From the NCBI RefSeq assembly GCF_006345805.1, contig NC_043006.1, positions 46,624,001 through 46,688,000 on the forward strand: a stretch of 64,000 bases of DNA, in the 5' to 3' direction. The position numbers and the translations under genes are program-made. The DNA comes from Octopus sinensis. Taxonomy: Eukaryota. This document shows, one piece after another, positions 26,095-38,567 of the stretch (its first letter is position 1; each line of letters opens with the position of its first letter). A model generated the notes under the pieces. It was given only the letters and a program-made list of their open reading frames with translations, was not told the DNA's origin and made no database searches.

Positions 26095-26368
26095 TGTAAG
26101 GCAGAGCCAGTAATAATATTTGTGTGTATACGTACGTGTAAGTGAGTGTAGACTTGTGTTTCATATATATATATATATATATAATATGAATAAACATCAA
26201 TTTTTACTAGGTATTGTTTCGAAGAGTGACATCAGTCTTCAAATATTGATGGTTATAAACAGTCAGATAAAACTACTATTAAATGACGATAGACAGAACT
26301 CAACTTCTACAACATTCTGCCATTAGATGTTTATCTTTGGGTTTGAAACATAAAATGTTTAAAAGGGG

Positions 26369-26432
<64 letters not shown>

Positions 26433-26612
26433 TGTGTGTGTGTGTGTGTTGTGTGTGTGTGTGGTGTGTGTGTGTGTTGTGTGTGTGTGTGTGTGTGTGT
26501 ATATATTGATAGAAATGGTAAGACAACAACAGAATGAAAGAAACTTCGATATTATGTAAATAGAGGAATTTATCTGTAAATGTTATATGTCACAATTATT
26601 CGGTAATATGCG

Positions 26613-26652
<40 letters not shown>

Positions 26653-26656
<4 letters not shown>

Positions 26657-27532
26657 ATCCAAACATGAAAACACAAAGAGAAAACACAACAACGCGAGGG
26701 CATGGAACAAGTATAGTGTTATTGGACGTTCAGGAAAGGGAAGAAAGGAGGATTTAACATTTCGAGCGGAGCTCTTCGTCAGAAACATAGGAGAAAGAAA
26801 GATCCAAGAAGGGGAAGACGGAAGGAAAAAATCGGCAACGATATACACGTGGTCACATATTGAATGGCTGGCGTCGAACTTCAAGAGGAAGCCATGAAGT
26901 GTGACGTGATGGCGGAGGCAACGGCGAAGAAAAGAGAGATGGTTTGAGTGGCGAGCTTTTCTAAAAATTAAGTGAGAGAGTTTTTTTACGGATTGCAAGC
27001 ATTGGGAGGGAGGGAGGGGGAAGGCAAGAAAACGGCAAAGAAGGGTTTAAAGGTGTTGTAGGAAGGAGTGCAGGTGAGGCATGGTGAGAGGGTGTGAATG
27101 TCTGTGTAGGTGTAAATGGTGGCGACAAAAGTAGAAAAGTGGAAGTAGAAGAAGAAAGGTAAAAAGAGGACGAGAAAAAGTGGAAGAGTCACGGACAAAT
27201 TTTTTGATGATTTCCAATCACCATTACAGTGGCGTACTCCGGATAAATGGTAACAGTAATCTGTAGGTGTAAAAATCCAGGAATTGGTTATCCAAGTCAG
27301 TCAGAAGGCCGGGTTCCGTGTGAGCGTGCGGTATATAAAGTTAATCCAAACATGAAAACACAAAGAGAAAACACAACAACGCGAGGACGTGGAACAAGTA
27401 TAGTGTTATTGGACGCTCAGGAAAGGAAAGAAAGGAGGATTCAACGTTTCGAGCGTAGCTCTTCGTCAGAAACATAGGAAAAGGAAGGGAAGACGGAGGG
27501 AAAAAATCACCAACGGTACACACGCGGTCACA
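26653..27532 (-). mobile_element. Penelope-like mini-element: two ~190-200-bp direct terminal repeats, each with a minimal hammerhead-like motif, around a 5' region and a truncated ORF start
   Basis: Repeats at 26653-26857 and 27340-27532. CTGACGA-A-GAGC(TCC/TAC)GCTC-GAAA(C/T)GTT in both. Internal KLSHLIFRKARHSNHLSFLRRCLRHHVTLHGFLLKF resembles Penelope ORF N-termini (HL.FL.RC...P.G..LK). Confidence 0.7.
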
Positions 27533-28571
27533 CACTTATATATACGAGATGCTGTTCAATCAGGTCTAAATTCACCAGAAATTTCTACCAGCTTAACATT
27601 TACGAGAGAGACATAGATGCAAGAAATTATATAACTGTTCTGTGATATCCGCTAACAATTACAGCGAATATGACTTCATGTAAAACAAAACTACTTGTTC
27701 AATTATATTTATACTTACTGTATCTCTTCATCTCTTATCTTCTCGAAATTGTAATTATGAGAAACATTTATTGTTTCCAACTCGTGTTTCTGACATCAGA
27801 AACAACTTGAAATGTCGCTCTGATTAATGTGGAAATAGTTACAGTTATTTGATCTAATTATATTTTGATATCAGAAAGAATATAGATAAGCTGTGTAATC
27901 TGCGTACTTTACACTGGTTCTTGTTTCGGTAAATTGCAACACGTATTTGATTTGTGAATAGAAACGTGTCAAAAAGAGTGAACAATCACTGCAAAGTTTT
28001 CATTACACAAACAAAGACAAACAGAATCTTTATAAAGAACAAATTATATAAATATTAACTTGGATAGCGTAATCAATGGCAATTAACTACAGGGTCTAAT
28101 GTCCACTTTGAAGTTTATAGCACAGAATAAATATCCCGAGACACTTAAAACTGCATTAGTATGTATGACACTTTGACCAATGTGAGAGGAAGGGCCATTG
28201 CTGAACAAGAAAAGAAACTCTCAGGTGAACCAACACAACGAATATTTATGAAAGTATCACTACCTTTACGGTTGGTCGGAAGAAGAATCCATTATATAAT
28301 CGTTGTACTGTTAAAGCTAACCACAAAATCTCCCTTAATCACCAGGGTTCGGAGATGTGCCCGATCACAAATAAATAAATAAATATATAAGACACATGGA
28401 GTAAATACCAACAGCCTCATACTTGAACATAAAGTAAAAACAGGATAAGAGTAGGGGATGCTTTGTATGATTTAGTGAATACAGACGACTCGGAGTATGC
28501 CCACTCAGTTGCAAGACAATAAACGACCCAAGCAACTGCTCAAAATTCAGACGGGCTACAAATCAGGAGCA

Positions 28572-28702
28572 AAAACACTACTACAGCTGCTGCCGTTGTT
28601 GCTGCTGCTGCTGCTACTTCTACCACCACCACCACCACCACCGCAACCACCACAACCACCACCACTACCACTACCACCACTACTACTACTACTACTACTA
28701 CT
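28572..28702. repeat. (CTA)/(GCT)/(CCA) compound triplet repeat
   Basis: Direct repeats. Confidence 0.9.
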
Positions 28703-29137
28703 GAAGAGGGAGAAATATTCAGCGTCAGTTCACAATCAGTTCGACAAAATAGTAGAATTTAGAACAATGGATTAATAAATCCTGCACACATACGTGTGTA
28801 TGTGCGTATGTGTGTGTATATGTGCGTGTGTGTGTCTGTGTGTGCATGTGTGTGTGTATTAAGGTGCGTGAGTTACTGATTAGGATGTAACAATCACAGT
28901 AATGTGTTGTGTCCTAGAGTAAAACTCTTCATTATATATTGCATCAGTCAGCTTAGCTGCAAACAGGCAACCCTACGATAGGTTGGCGTTCCGTTCAGGA
29001 GGAATACTCACCAGTCCATCGCCCCAAGACAGCGAAGTCGAATCATTCGAAAAAAATGCGAGGAACCACACACGCACACAAACATACATATGTGTATGTA
29101 TGCAAGTATGTATATATATATATATATATATATATGT

Positions 29138-29168
<31 letters not shown>

Positions 29169-29487
29169 AGAGAGATTCAGGTGAATATGGTACTTAAGAA
29201 GAGGCACCAGAATTTAGTACGTTATTATCCATACAATTACAAAATGAGGTGATTAAAGTCAAAATAAGGAACAAGGATATCCAGAGGTAATGCAGTACGG
29301 TCGTTTCATGTGACTCCATTTAATTGAACAATGAAAATATTTCATTCCATCAATTTAAAATGTAGAGCAATCTTCCGCTGCACAAAGACATAGTATTTAA
29401 TTAATTTAGAAGGACATATTAGTATAATTTTACCTAAAATCTCCAAGACGATAAGGGGATAGACAAAAAACGTGTTTTAGCAACATT

Positions 29488-29533
<46 letters not shown>

Positions 29534-29534
29534 T

Positions 29535-29680
29535 ATATTTGGAATTTACAGAAAAGCAAAAACAACAAACATGTGTATTATTTTAACGATTGGGAAGGTA
29601 AGAAAGTCTTTTACGTTTCGAGCCTACGCTTTTCAACAGTAAGGAACACGAAAAAATAAAGAGAGTATAAAAAAAGCTTT
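29535..29680 (-). mobile_element. Second Penelope-like terminal-repeat family, degenerate hammerhead-like core
   Basis: Minus strand CTGTTGA-AAAGCGTAGGCTC-GAAACGT; homologous to 31730-31905 and 17565-17640. Confidence 0.5.
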
Positions 29681-29689
29681 TGTGGCTAG

Positions 29690-30515
29690 CGGTCAGTCAT
29701 TGCGATATATATCTGGAGAATATGGAGGATGAGGTAGCACTTCCCATACGAGTTCTTGAATCGCGGCTATTGTCATATTGGTTATGTGAGAACGGCCGTT
29801 GCCGTGTTGCAGAGGAACGCCATTTACCAATTTGGTCTTTTTTTGCTGAATTGCTTCGTTGAGTCCGTGCAGCTATTGAACGTAGAGCTCTGCATTGAGA
29901 GTTCCGTTGCGCTCAAGCACTTCGTGGTGAATTATACTTTCTCAGTCTCACCATGCATTCAACATGGACTTTGGTGGAGGAAGGCCTTGTTTTGCTCACG
30001 GAGGCGCTTGTTTGTCGTGGCTGAGCCTTTTTTTTTCACAGCATCATATTGACGTAAAGAGGTCATTTTCCATCGCCACTGACAATACAATAAATAAATC
30101 GCGGTTTGTGTCCATGTGTTAAGCATTGTCGAGCGACGAAACTGGCGGCGTTTGTGGAGTGTTGAGTTTTGTTGTTTTCGCTCAATGTGTGTGGCACCCA
30201 AGCGCCGAGTTTCTGAACCTTGCCCATTGAGTGGCTCACCACAGTTTTTTGTATCACATTCCATCTACTCCGCCAATTCTGAGGTTGTTTGACATGGATT
30301 TTCGTGAAGCGGTTGATTAAATCGCTCTTCATCGAATTTGGTCGACCGGGGTGTGATCAAGAGATCAAGATACCCATCTTTGAAGCGCGAAAACTAACAG
30401 TGAGTGGGAATTTGAGGCATAGTTCCTGCTCCATACACAGTACAAATCTCACGAGCAGCTTCGCCGGCATTAACACCTCGATCAAATGCAAAAAGTAAAT
30501 GATGCCGAAAATACT
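29690..30515 (-). mobile_element. Degenerate mariner transposase (N-terminus to DDE domain)
   Basis: YFRHHLLFAFDRG..A.EAAREICTVYG, VQKLGAWVPHTLSENNK (WVPHxL motif), RFIYCIVSGDGK (cf. IVTGDEKW). Frameshifts and stops. Confidence 0.9.
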
Positions 30516-30657
30516 TAGTTTAGTCCACTTTAGTTTAGTTTATTCCATTTTAATTATCAGAATATACACAAAAATCAATAAAATTTTATAAAAACCAAAA
30601 CACACTATCTTATAGAGCAAACTGACACACAAAGATATACATATGTATACGAAGTGT

Positions 30658-30808
30658 TTGTTTCAGTTTCCATCCACCAAATTCACTCACAAATCTTTGG
30701 TCGGCTCGACGCTTTCGCAGAAGACATTAGCCCAAGGTTTCACTCACTGGGACTGAACCTGGAACCATGTGGTTGCGAAGCAAGCTTCTTACCACACAGC
30801 CACGCCTG
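30658..30808 (-). mobile_element. Family-A SINE 5' half
   Basis: Homology to family-A head and CORE region. Confidence 0.75.
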
Positions 30809-30848
30809 GGCAGAGATAGAAGAGTGTGAGAGATTGAGAGATAGAGAT

Positions 30849-30898
<50 letters not shown>

Positions 30899-30949
30899 GG
30901 AGAGAAGAAATTAAAAATATACCCTCTTTCAATTTCTCACAATGCTCTT

Positions 30950-31340
30950 CCATCTGTTTGATAGACTTCCAAGACGCCTCTTCTAAAATTAACGTGTCCG
31001 TGGCGAAAAATACTCTTCTAGTACTGTTCTGGCCTCGTCTACAGAATTCATATTTTTTCCATCCACATGATTTTGTAGACTGGGGAATAGACGATAATCA
31101 GATGGGGTTATGTTCGGCGAATATGGTGGGTGGGGCATCGTTTCCCATTCAAACTACCTCATCCTTTGGAATTCATCTTCACTGTATGTTACCGAGCATT
31201 TTCCTGATAGAAGAACATCCTTCTCTTGAAACCCAGGCACTGACTGTTTGAATGACCAAATCCAAGCTTCTCTCCTACTTTCTCAACAGTTACGATGGAA
31301 TTTTGTTCCACCAGGGTATGTAGAACGTCCTCATCGAGCT
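30950..31340 (-). mobile_element. Degenerate mariner transposase C-terminal remnant
   Basis: Minus strand RMFFYQENAR*HT (cf. HQDNARPHT), then a frameshifted PHPPYSPD-like region. Confidence 0.7.
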
Positions 31341-31729
31341 CTGCCGATCTTCCAGGACGAGGCTCGCCTTCTAGGCTGTAGATTCCGGCTCGGATTATTC
31401 TGGATCCACCGTTTATACTAGCTTACGCTTATTGCCCGATCCCCATATACTCTATTAATATTCTTCGTACTCTCCGTTGCGTTGTTGCCTTTATTGAAAT
31501 ACGCCCCTTTCTCACTTCCTTTATAGCTTTGAAAAAATATCTGTTAAAAGTCGAACTGCGCCCTTCAAAATTCGCACTATGAATAAGCACAAAGTTAATA
31601 TTACTACCTGCTGTTATAGCAAGTTGATGCAAGTAGTTTATCCCGTTCCCCTTCCACTTTTAGTTTATGCAATTGAAAACGTATTATTTATGAGATGGCT
31701 AAATATATATATATATATATATATACGTA

Positions 31730-31905
31730 TGTAGGGGAAGAATTCGCGAAAAAAACAAAAGACGAAGATAGGTGGTGTAGAAAACAAACAGATGTATTAG
31801 TATAACGCTCGGGAATTGAAAAAGTCTTTCACGTTTCGAGCCTACGCTCTACCACAGGAAGGAACACAGAAAGAAACAAGGAGAGAAAAAAAAGTAGAGA
31901 AAAAA
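31730..31905 (-). mobile_element. Second Penelope-like terminal-repeat family copy
   Basis: Minus strand CTGTGGTA-GAGCGTAGGCTC-GAAACGTG...CCCGAGCGTTATACTAATAC. Confidence 0.5.
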
Positions 31906-32471
31906 TGTATATATATATATATGTACATATATTATTGAAAAGGTTGCAAGACGCAACGAAAATTTTAGGAAAATAAAAATAAGAAAAAAGTGGAAATTTT
32001 ACCGGTGCGTGTGTTACATTATAAGTAAAAAAAAGAAAATGACTCTCCCCAGACACAACAAAATATGCTTCAACACACGATCTCATGTAATTAATCTTGC
32101 AAACCAAATCCCAAAACGAAATATAAATATATATATATATAATATATATACACACATGTATATCGTTGCTATTATGTTAAACTCTCGTATGTCCATATTT
32201 GGCCAGATGCATTTTTAAAATATTTATTTTTGCTTGCAATAGCCGATTCTTTCCGTCAAACTATCGTATCTTCAGCTACTTCAGATGCTAAGATCTCAAA
32301 GATTGTCAAAGTGTAGTACATCGGTTTATGCTATGGAACGGTGAAACAATTTTTACATTTTCCGAAAAAAAAAACCCCACAAAAAATAACGGTTCGGACT
32401 TAAAACACTTTTGCATAATAGCAACTATATATATATATATATATATAAATGTGTCTCCTTGTGTGTATGTG

Positions 32472-32579
<108 letters not shown>

Positions 32580-33691
32580 CATATAGATTTTGCAACATTT
32601 CTCTGGTATCTTTGAACAGTATAAATTTATATCATGATCAAAAATTTTATTTCCGTGTTCTTTCGCAGAAATGAAATCAAGTAACGTTATCAATGAAATG
32701 TTACGTTTTATTTTGCAAAAGAAGAGTAAAAAAAATGAACAAAAATTTAAAATGCACTAAAACATCGTAATTCTCTAGGATAAAAATGCCTATACATAAT
32801 TTATCTGTGTGTTGTGAGGGAGTACCACGAGACGCATTATATTTAATCAGATTAACCGGGTTAAATGCAAATAGTTTTGAAATAAATCGACCAGATGGAG
32901 AGAGGCCAATAAATATCTATCGATATGTCTTATTCGGTTAGAATATTGTAAAAAAATTTATATAATAATTATGGAATTTTTCCAGAAAAATTTGCATATA
33001 TTTATGTATCACGATTTTCATGAATAAAAGCCTATTTGGCGAAGATGACTATAGATAGTGTATCTGGAAAGATATGGCTAAATACCATTCATGATCATGT
33101 CTTTAGAAAACATTTGTTAAGTAACTTTGCTTTGAAGTTTCTCTGTTATAATGATATTTTAGGAAGGAAGTATCAATGCATGTCTGATAAAGAATATTTT
33201 ATGATTTACTTCCTGCTGACATTTTCCAACAGAAACTTTCATATCCAAAATATAAAGTAGTTATGAATGCATTGTGATGATTATTATTACATTTTTTTAA
33301 ATGTTCCCACTAATTGAACATGGTAAATTGATTTTAAATGGCGTGGAAGATATTAATTATAGCTTGTATAGAATTCTTAGAAAATTATGTAAAAGGTTAT
33401 ATTATCATTTTAGATTTTCTTTTCCTTTGAAACATTCAGAAACTATTTTCATTGGTTGTTGGAACAGACTTTCTTCGCTACTAAGTCTTAGGGTCTACCG
33501 CAATGAAACATAACTCTTATAAATCTATATACTAATATTAACATAAGATAATAATGATAATAATAACAACACTATCAATAATAAGACTCAATCAATTTCT
33601 CTTTCCTCATCTTCTGCTTCGTATAAAAATAATAATAATATTAATAAAAATAATAATAATAATTACTATTATTACTATTATTATTATTATT

Positions 33692-34209
33692 CAGTAGTTT
33701 TATTTTTATTTTTATAGCGTGCTTTCGCTTCACTACCGAGCGCAGCTCTGTGTGCCTTGGGTATGTGCTGTGATTTGTTGTGATGCTCTGATGGTTATTG
33801 TATGGAAAGTGTTCTGCGTAGGATGTGTGCAGTGCCTAGTAGTGCAATTTTCTGTATGTTATATGTGTTTGTAAGTCCTGGTGTTTTTGTTATGTATTTG
33901 TCTGAATATTTTTTTATCATGCCTAATGCACCTACTATGATAGGAATTGTTTCTGTTTTCAGATTCCACATTCTAGTTACCTCTATTTCCAGGTCTTTGT
34001 ATTTTGAGAGTTTCTCCATTTCTTTTAGAGACACGTTGTCATCTGCCGGTACTGATACATCAATTAGAAAGCATTTTTTTCTTCATGGTCTCTGACAACT
34101 ATATCTGGTCTGTTGGCCTTAATTTCTCTATCTGTGTGTATCGGCATATCCCAGAGTATGGTTGCTTTCTCGTTTTCTGTGACCTTTTCTGGTGTGTGCC
34201 TATACCATC

Positions 34210-34216
<7 letters not shown>
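33692..34216 (-). mobile_element. Young 5'-truncated R4/Dong-clade LINE (endonuclease end and 3' UTR)
   Basis: Near-identical to 12459-12985. KRWYRHTPEKVTENEKATILWDMPIHTDREIKANRPDIVV in frame; C-terminal ORF 33795-34034 gives the same 79-aa peptide. (TAA)n on both sides. Confidence 0.92.
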
Positions 34217-34241
<25 letters not shown>

Positions 34242-34546
34242 GTTATTATTATTGTTATTATACAATAACGTAAGATAGTTACAGTATAATATAGTAGCAA
34301 GTATGCGTGTTGTTCACATCGAATTGAAGCTTTTATCGATGTATTACTTCTTAATTGCACACTACCACTAGAATATTCATCGCACAAGCACCCCTCGCCC
34401 CGCACACACACACAAAACAAATCAACACATACACACGCACACACGAACGCACACTCACACTCACACCCGAACATACATATAATATAATATACACTTAGTC
34501 GTAAACTATGTACGGATTATATTCTTCCTCTGTTCTGTAAATAATA

Positions 34547-35121
34547 GGCGCAGGCGAGGCTGTGTGGTGAGAAGCTTGCTTCCCAACCAATTGGTTCCGG
34601 GATTAGTCCCACTGTGTGGCACCTTATGCGGGTATATTCTACTATAGCCTCGAGCCGACCAAGACCTTGTTAGTGGATTTGGTACACGGAAAGTAAAAAT
34701 AGCCTGTCGTATAGGCGCAGGAGTGGCTGTGTGGTAAGTAGCTTGCTTACCAACCACATGGTTTCGGGTTCATTCCCACTGCGTAGCATCTTGGGCAAGT
34801 GTCTTCTACTATAGCCTCAGGCCGACCAAAGCCTTGTGAGTGGATTTGGTAGACGGAAACTGAAAGGAGTCCATCGTATATATGCATAGATATATGTGTG
34901 TGTATGTTTGTGTGTCTGTGTTTGTTCCCCTAGCATTGCTTGACAACCGATGCTGGTGTGTTTACGTCGCCGTTTCTTATCGGTTCGGCAAAAGAGACCG
35001 ATAGAATAAGTACTGGGCTTACAAAGAATAAGTCCCGGGGTCGATATGCTCGACTAAAGGCGGTGCTCCAGCATGGCCGCAGTCAAATGACTGAATCAAG
35101 TAAAAGAGTAAGGAGTAAGAG
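34547..35121 (+). mobile_element. Two head-to-tail family-A SINEs (5' half 34547-34710; full copy 34714-35121)
   Basis: Two GGCGCAGG heads; the second starts where the internal (TA) tract of the first would begin. Confidence 0.85.
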
Positions 35122-35143
35122 TATATATATATCTTTATATCTT

Positions 35144-35191
<48 letters not shown>

Positions 35192-35524
35192 CCTATCTAT
35201 CTATATAATTGAAAAGACAACTAGATCTCAATGCAACCAAACGGTTGCAAAATCAAGTACTTCCACAACAACTGGAGAACTATGTTGCGTAGAAACAATT
35301 GTAGGGATTGAAAATAGATGTCCAACTGTGCTCTTTCTTGTTGACTCTAATTTTTTTCAAATATCCATCCAGACATAAAAGAAGCCCTAATCTAAAACTC
35401 TAACTACGTATAATACTACTCTGGATAGCATAGAGTGATATCTGAAGGTGGACACACTTTCTAATGTACTCTACTACGTTCTTAACAGAACACATGCACA
35501 CACACATGCACACACACACACATG

Positions 35525-35556
<32 letters not shown>

Positions 35557-35877
35557 CACGCGCACACACATACACACACACACATACATACATATATATA
35601 TATATATGAGCAGTCTCGATTATAACCAGCCGAAATTACAACGATAATCTGGAACCCGACTGAGGAAAGAAAACTCCGAATGACCGTCCTCGTTTTCTTT
35701 GCATCGTCTATCTGGATGTTTTGTTGTCCCTCTATTGTATCACCTGTTCTTGTCTCATTTTGTATTGTATATTATATATATATATATATATTGGCTAAAC
35801 TGGCAAAATGACCATTCTTAAATACAACAATATATATATATACACACACATATTTATATATATATATACATATATAT

Positions 35878-35924
<47 letters not shown>

Positions 35925-35982
35925 CATACATATACACATATTTATATATACACACATACACACATATATATATATATATGTG

Positions 35983-36047
<65 letters not shown>

Positions 36048-36236
36048 ATCATGAGTGTGTGTGTCAATAAGTTGTGGGGTCGATTTCTTCGACTAGACAC
36101 CATGCACCACTCCTCTAATGCTATGCTTCAGGATGGCCGCAGTCAAATGACTGAAAGCAGTAAAACAATAAAAAAATATCTCTAAATGCGTGTACGTGAG
36201 AGTGCGTGTGTGTAATGATAAAATCTGATATACAGA

Positions 36237-36647
36237 TATTTCTTTATTGCCCGCAGGGGGATAAACATAGAGGGTAACAACAAGGACAGACAAAGGAATT
36301 AAGTAGATCGCATCGAACCTAGTACTTAAATGGTACTTATTTAATCGACCCCGAAAAGATGAAAGGCAAAGTCGACCTCGGCGGAAGTTGAACTAAGAAC
36401 GTAACGCTAGACGAAATACCTATTTCTTTACTACCCACAAGGGGCTAAACACAGAGGGGACAAACAAGGACAGACAAACGGATTAAGTCGATTATATCGA
36501 TCCCAGTGCGTAACTGGTACTTATTCAAGCGACCTCGAAAGGATGAAAGGCAAAGTCGACCTCCGTGGAATTTGAACTCAGAATGTAACGGCAGACGTAA
36601 TATTACTAAACATTTCGCCCGGCTGCTAACGATTCTGCCAGCTCGCC
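36237..36647 (-). mobile_element. Family-B SINE: head + two ~184-bp units, no terminal unit
   Basis: Type-1 junction GAAATAC|CTATTTC at 36419/36420; ends at AATAAAGAAATA. Confidence 0.85.
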
Positions 36648-36783
36648 ACTATATCCGGTATATAAAACTTTCTGTGCCACCACGCGTAAGGATCGTTTTC
36701 TCTTTATTTCTTTTTATATTTGTTTCACTTATTAGATTGCAACCATGCTGAGGCACCACCTTGAATGTTTATTCGAATGAATA

Positions 36784-37364
36784 GGCGTTTGAGTGGTTAT
36801 GTGGTAAGTGGCTTGCTTCCGAACTATATAGTTCAGGGTTCAGTCCCACTGCATGACACCTTGGGCAAGTGTCTTCTACTATAGCTTCGGGCCAACCAAA
36901 GCCTTGTGAGTGGATTTGGTAGACAGAAACTGAAAGAAGCCCATCGTATGTATGTATGTATATATATATATATATGTGTGTGTGTGTCTGTGTGTCTGTG
37001 TGTGTATGTGTGTATGTGTGTGTGTGTTTGTGTGTGTGTATGTTTGTGTGTCTGGGTTTGTCCACCCAACATCGGTTGACAACCCATGCTCGTTTGTTTA
37101 TGTCTCCGTAACTTAGCGGCTCGGCAAAAGAGAACGTTAGGATTAGAATAATTACTAGGCTTACAAAGAATAAGTCCTGGATTTGATGCGCGCGACTAAA
37201 GGTGGCGCTCCAGCATGGCCGCAGTCAAATGACTGAAACAAGTAAAAGAGTAAAAGAGGGAACCCAGAACGTTTATTTTAATTCTGGTATATCCTATCGA
37301 TCTTTTTTTGCCGAGCCAGAAGGTTTAGGGGACGTAAACACATCAACACCGGTTGTCTAGCGAT
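36784..37364 (+). mobile_element. Family-A SINE (36784-37258, +) followed by an inverted 3' fragment of the same family (37262-37364, -)
   Basis: Homology to other family-A copies in both orientations. Confidence 0.8.
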
Positions 37365-37520
37365 TCACATTTTGTTCCCAAATTGACGAACGCCCAATTT
37401 GGCTGCATTTTCTACTTAACTTGTTAATGGTTATTATCTCAGCAGATTTTTACACAGCTTCCAAACTAATGGATCTAAATGCCTTTCATGTGTATGTAAA
37501 CATACATGAATAGAAACATG

Positions 37521-38517
37521 CACACACACACACACACACACGTACACATGCACACATAAGCGCACACTCTCATATAGATAGATGTATATAAGATCAAAGC
37601 GCTGAGCTTAATGATAAGATAGATCTATCTGAATTCAACCCTTATAGGATAGAATGCTGAAGAGGAAATAACTACTCCGAAATGCATGCATTCATATGTC
37701 TGGTTAGGGAGCACTTCTAGCTGATTTGATGTGTTGTCACCTATTAGTCTAGAGTCAAAATTTTCCTCCGTCACAATATACAGTGAAAAATTTTGTTAAA
37801 GGTTCGAATTATGATTTATGCGTATTTGAACTGGTAACACGTTTATGTCTATTCACACCACAGCTTTACAATTTGATTTAATATATATTACTCACACACA
37901 CACACATACACATACATCAGTGAATACAAATATATGCATTTAAAAACATAGACAAGCACACGCTGACACACAGACACACACGCATATCAGTGCATACATA
38001 TATATCCATTTAAACCACACACACACACACACGTACACATGCACACATAAGCGCACACTCTCATATAGATAGATGTATATAAGATCAAAGCGCTGAGCTT
38101 AATGATAAGATAGATCTATCTGAATTCAGCCCTTATAGGATAGAATGCTGAAGAGGAAATAACTACTCCGAAATGCATGCATTCATATGTCTGGTTAGGG
38201 AGCACTTCTAGCTGATTTGATGTGTTGTCACCTATTAGTCTAGAGTCAAAATTTTCCTCCGTCACAATATACAGTGAAAAATTTTGTTAAAGGTTCGAAT
38301 TATGATTTATGCGTATTTGAACTGGTAACACGTTTATGTCTATTCACACCACAGCTTTACAATTTGATTTAATATATATTACTCATACACACACACATAC
38401 ACATACATCAGTGAATACAAATATATGCATTTAAAAACATAGACAAGCACACGCTGACACACAGACACACACGCATATCAGTGCATACATATATATCCAT
38501 TTAAACCACACACACAC
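37521..38517. repeat. Near-identical 491-bp tandem duplication bounded by (CA)n
   Basis: GTACACATGCACACATAAG at 37542 and 38033; two substitutions found by eye. Confidence 0.95.
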
Positions 38518-38567
<50 letters not shown>

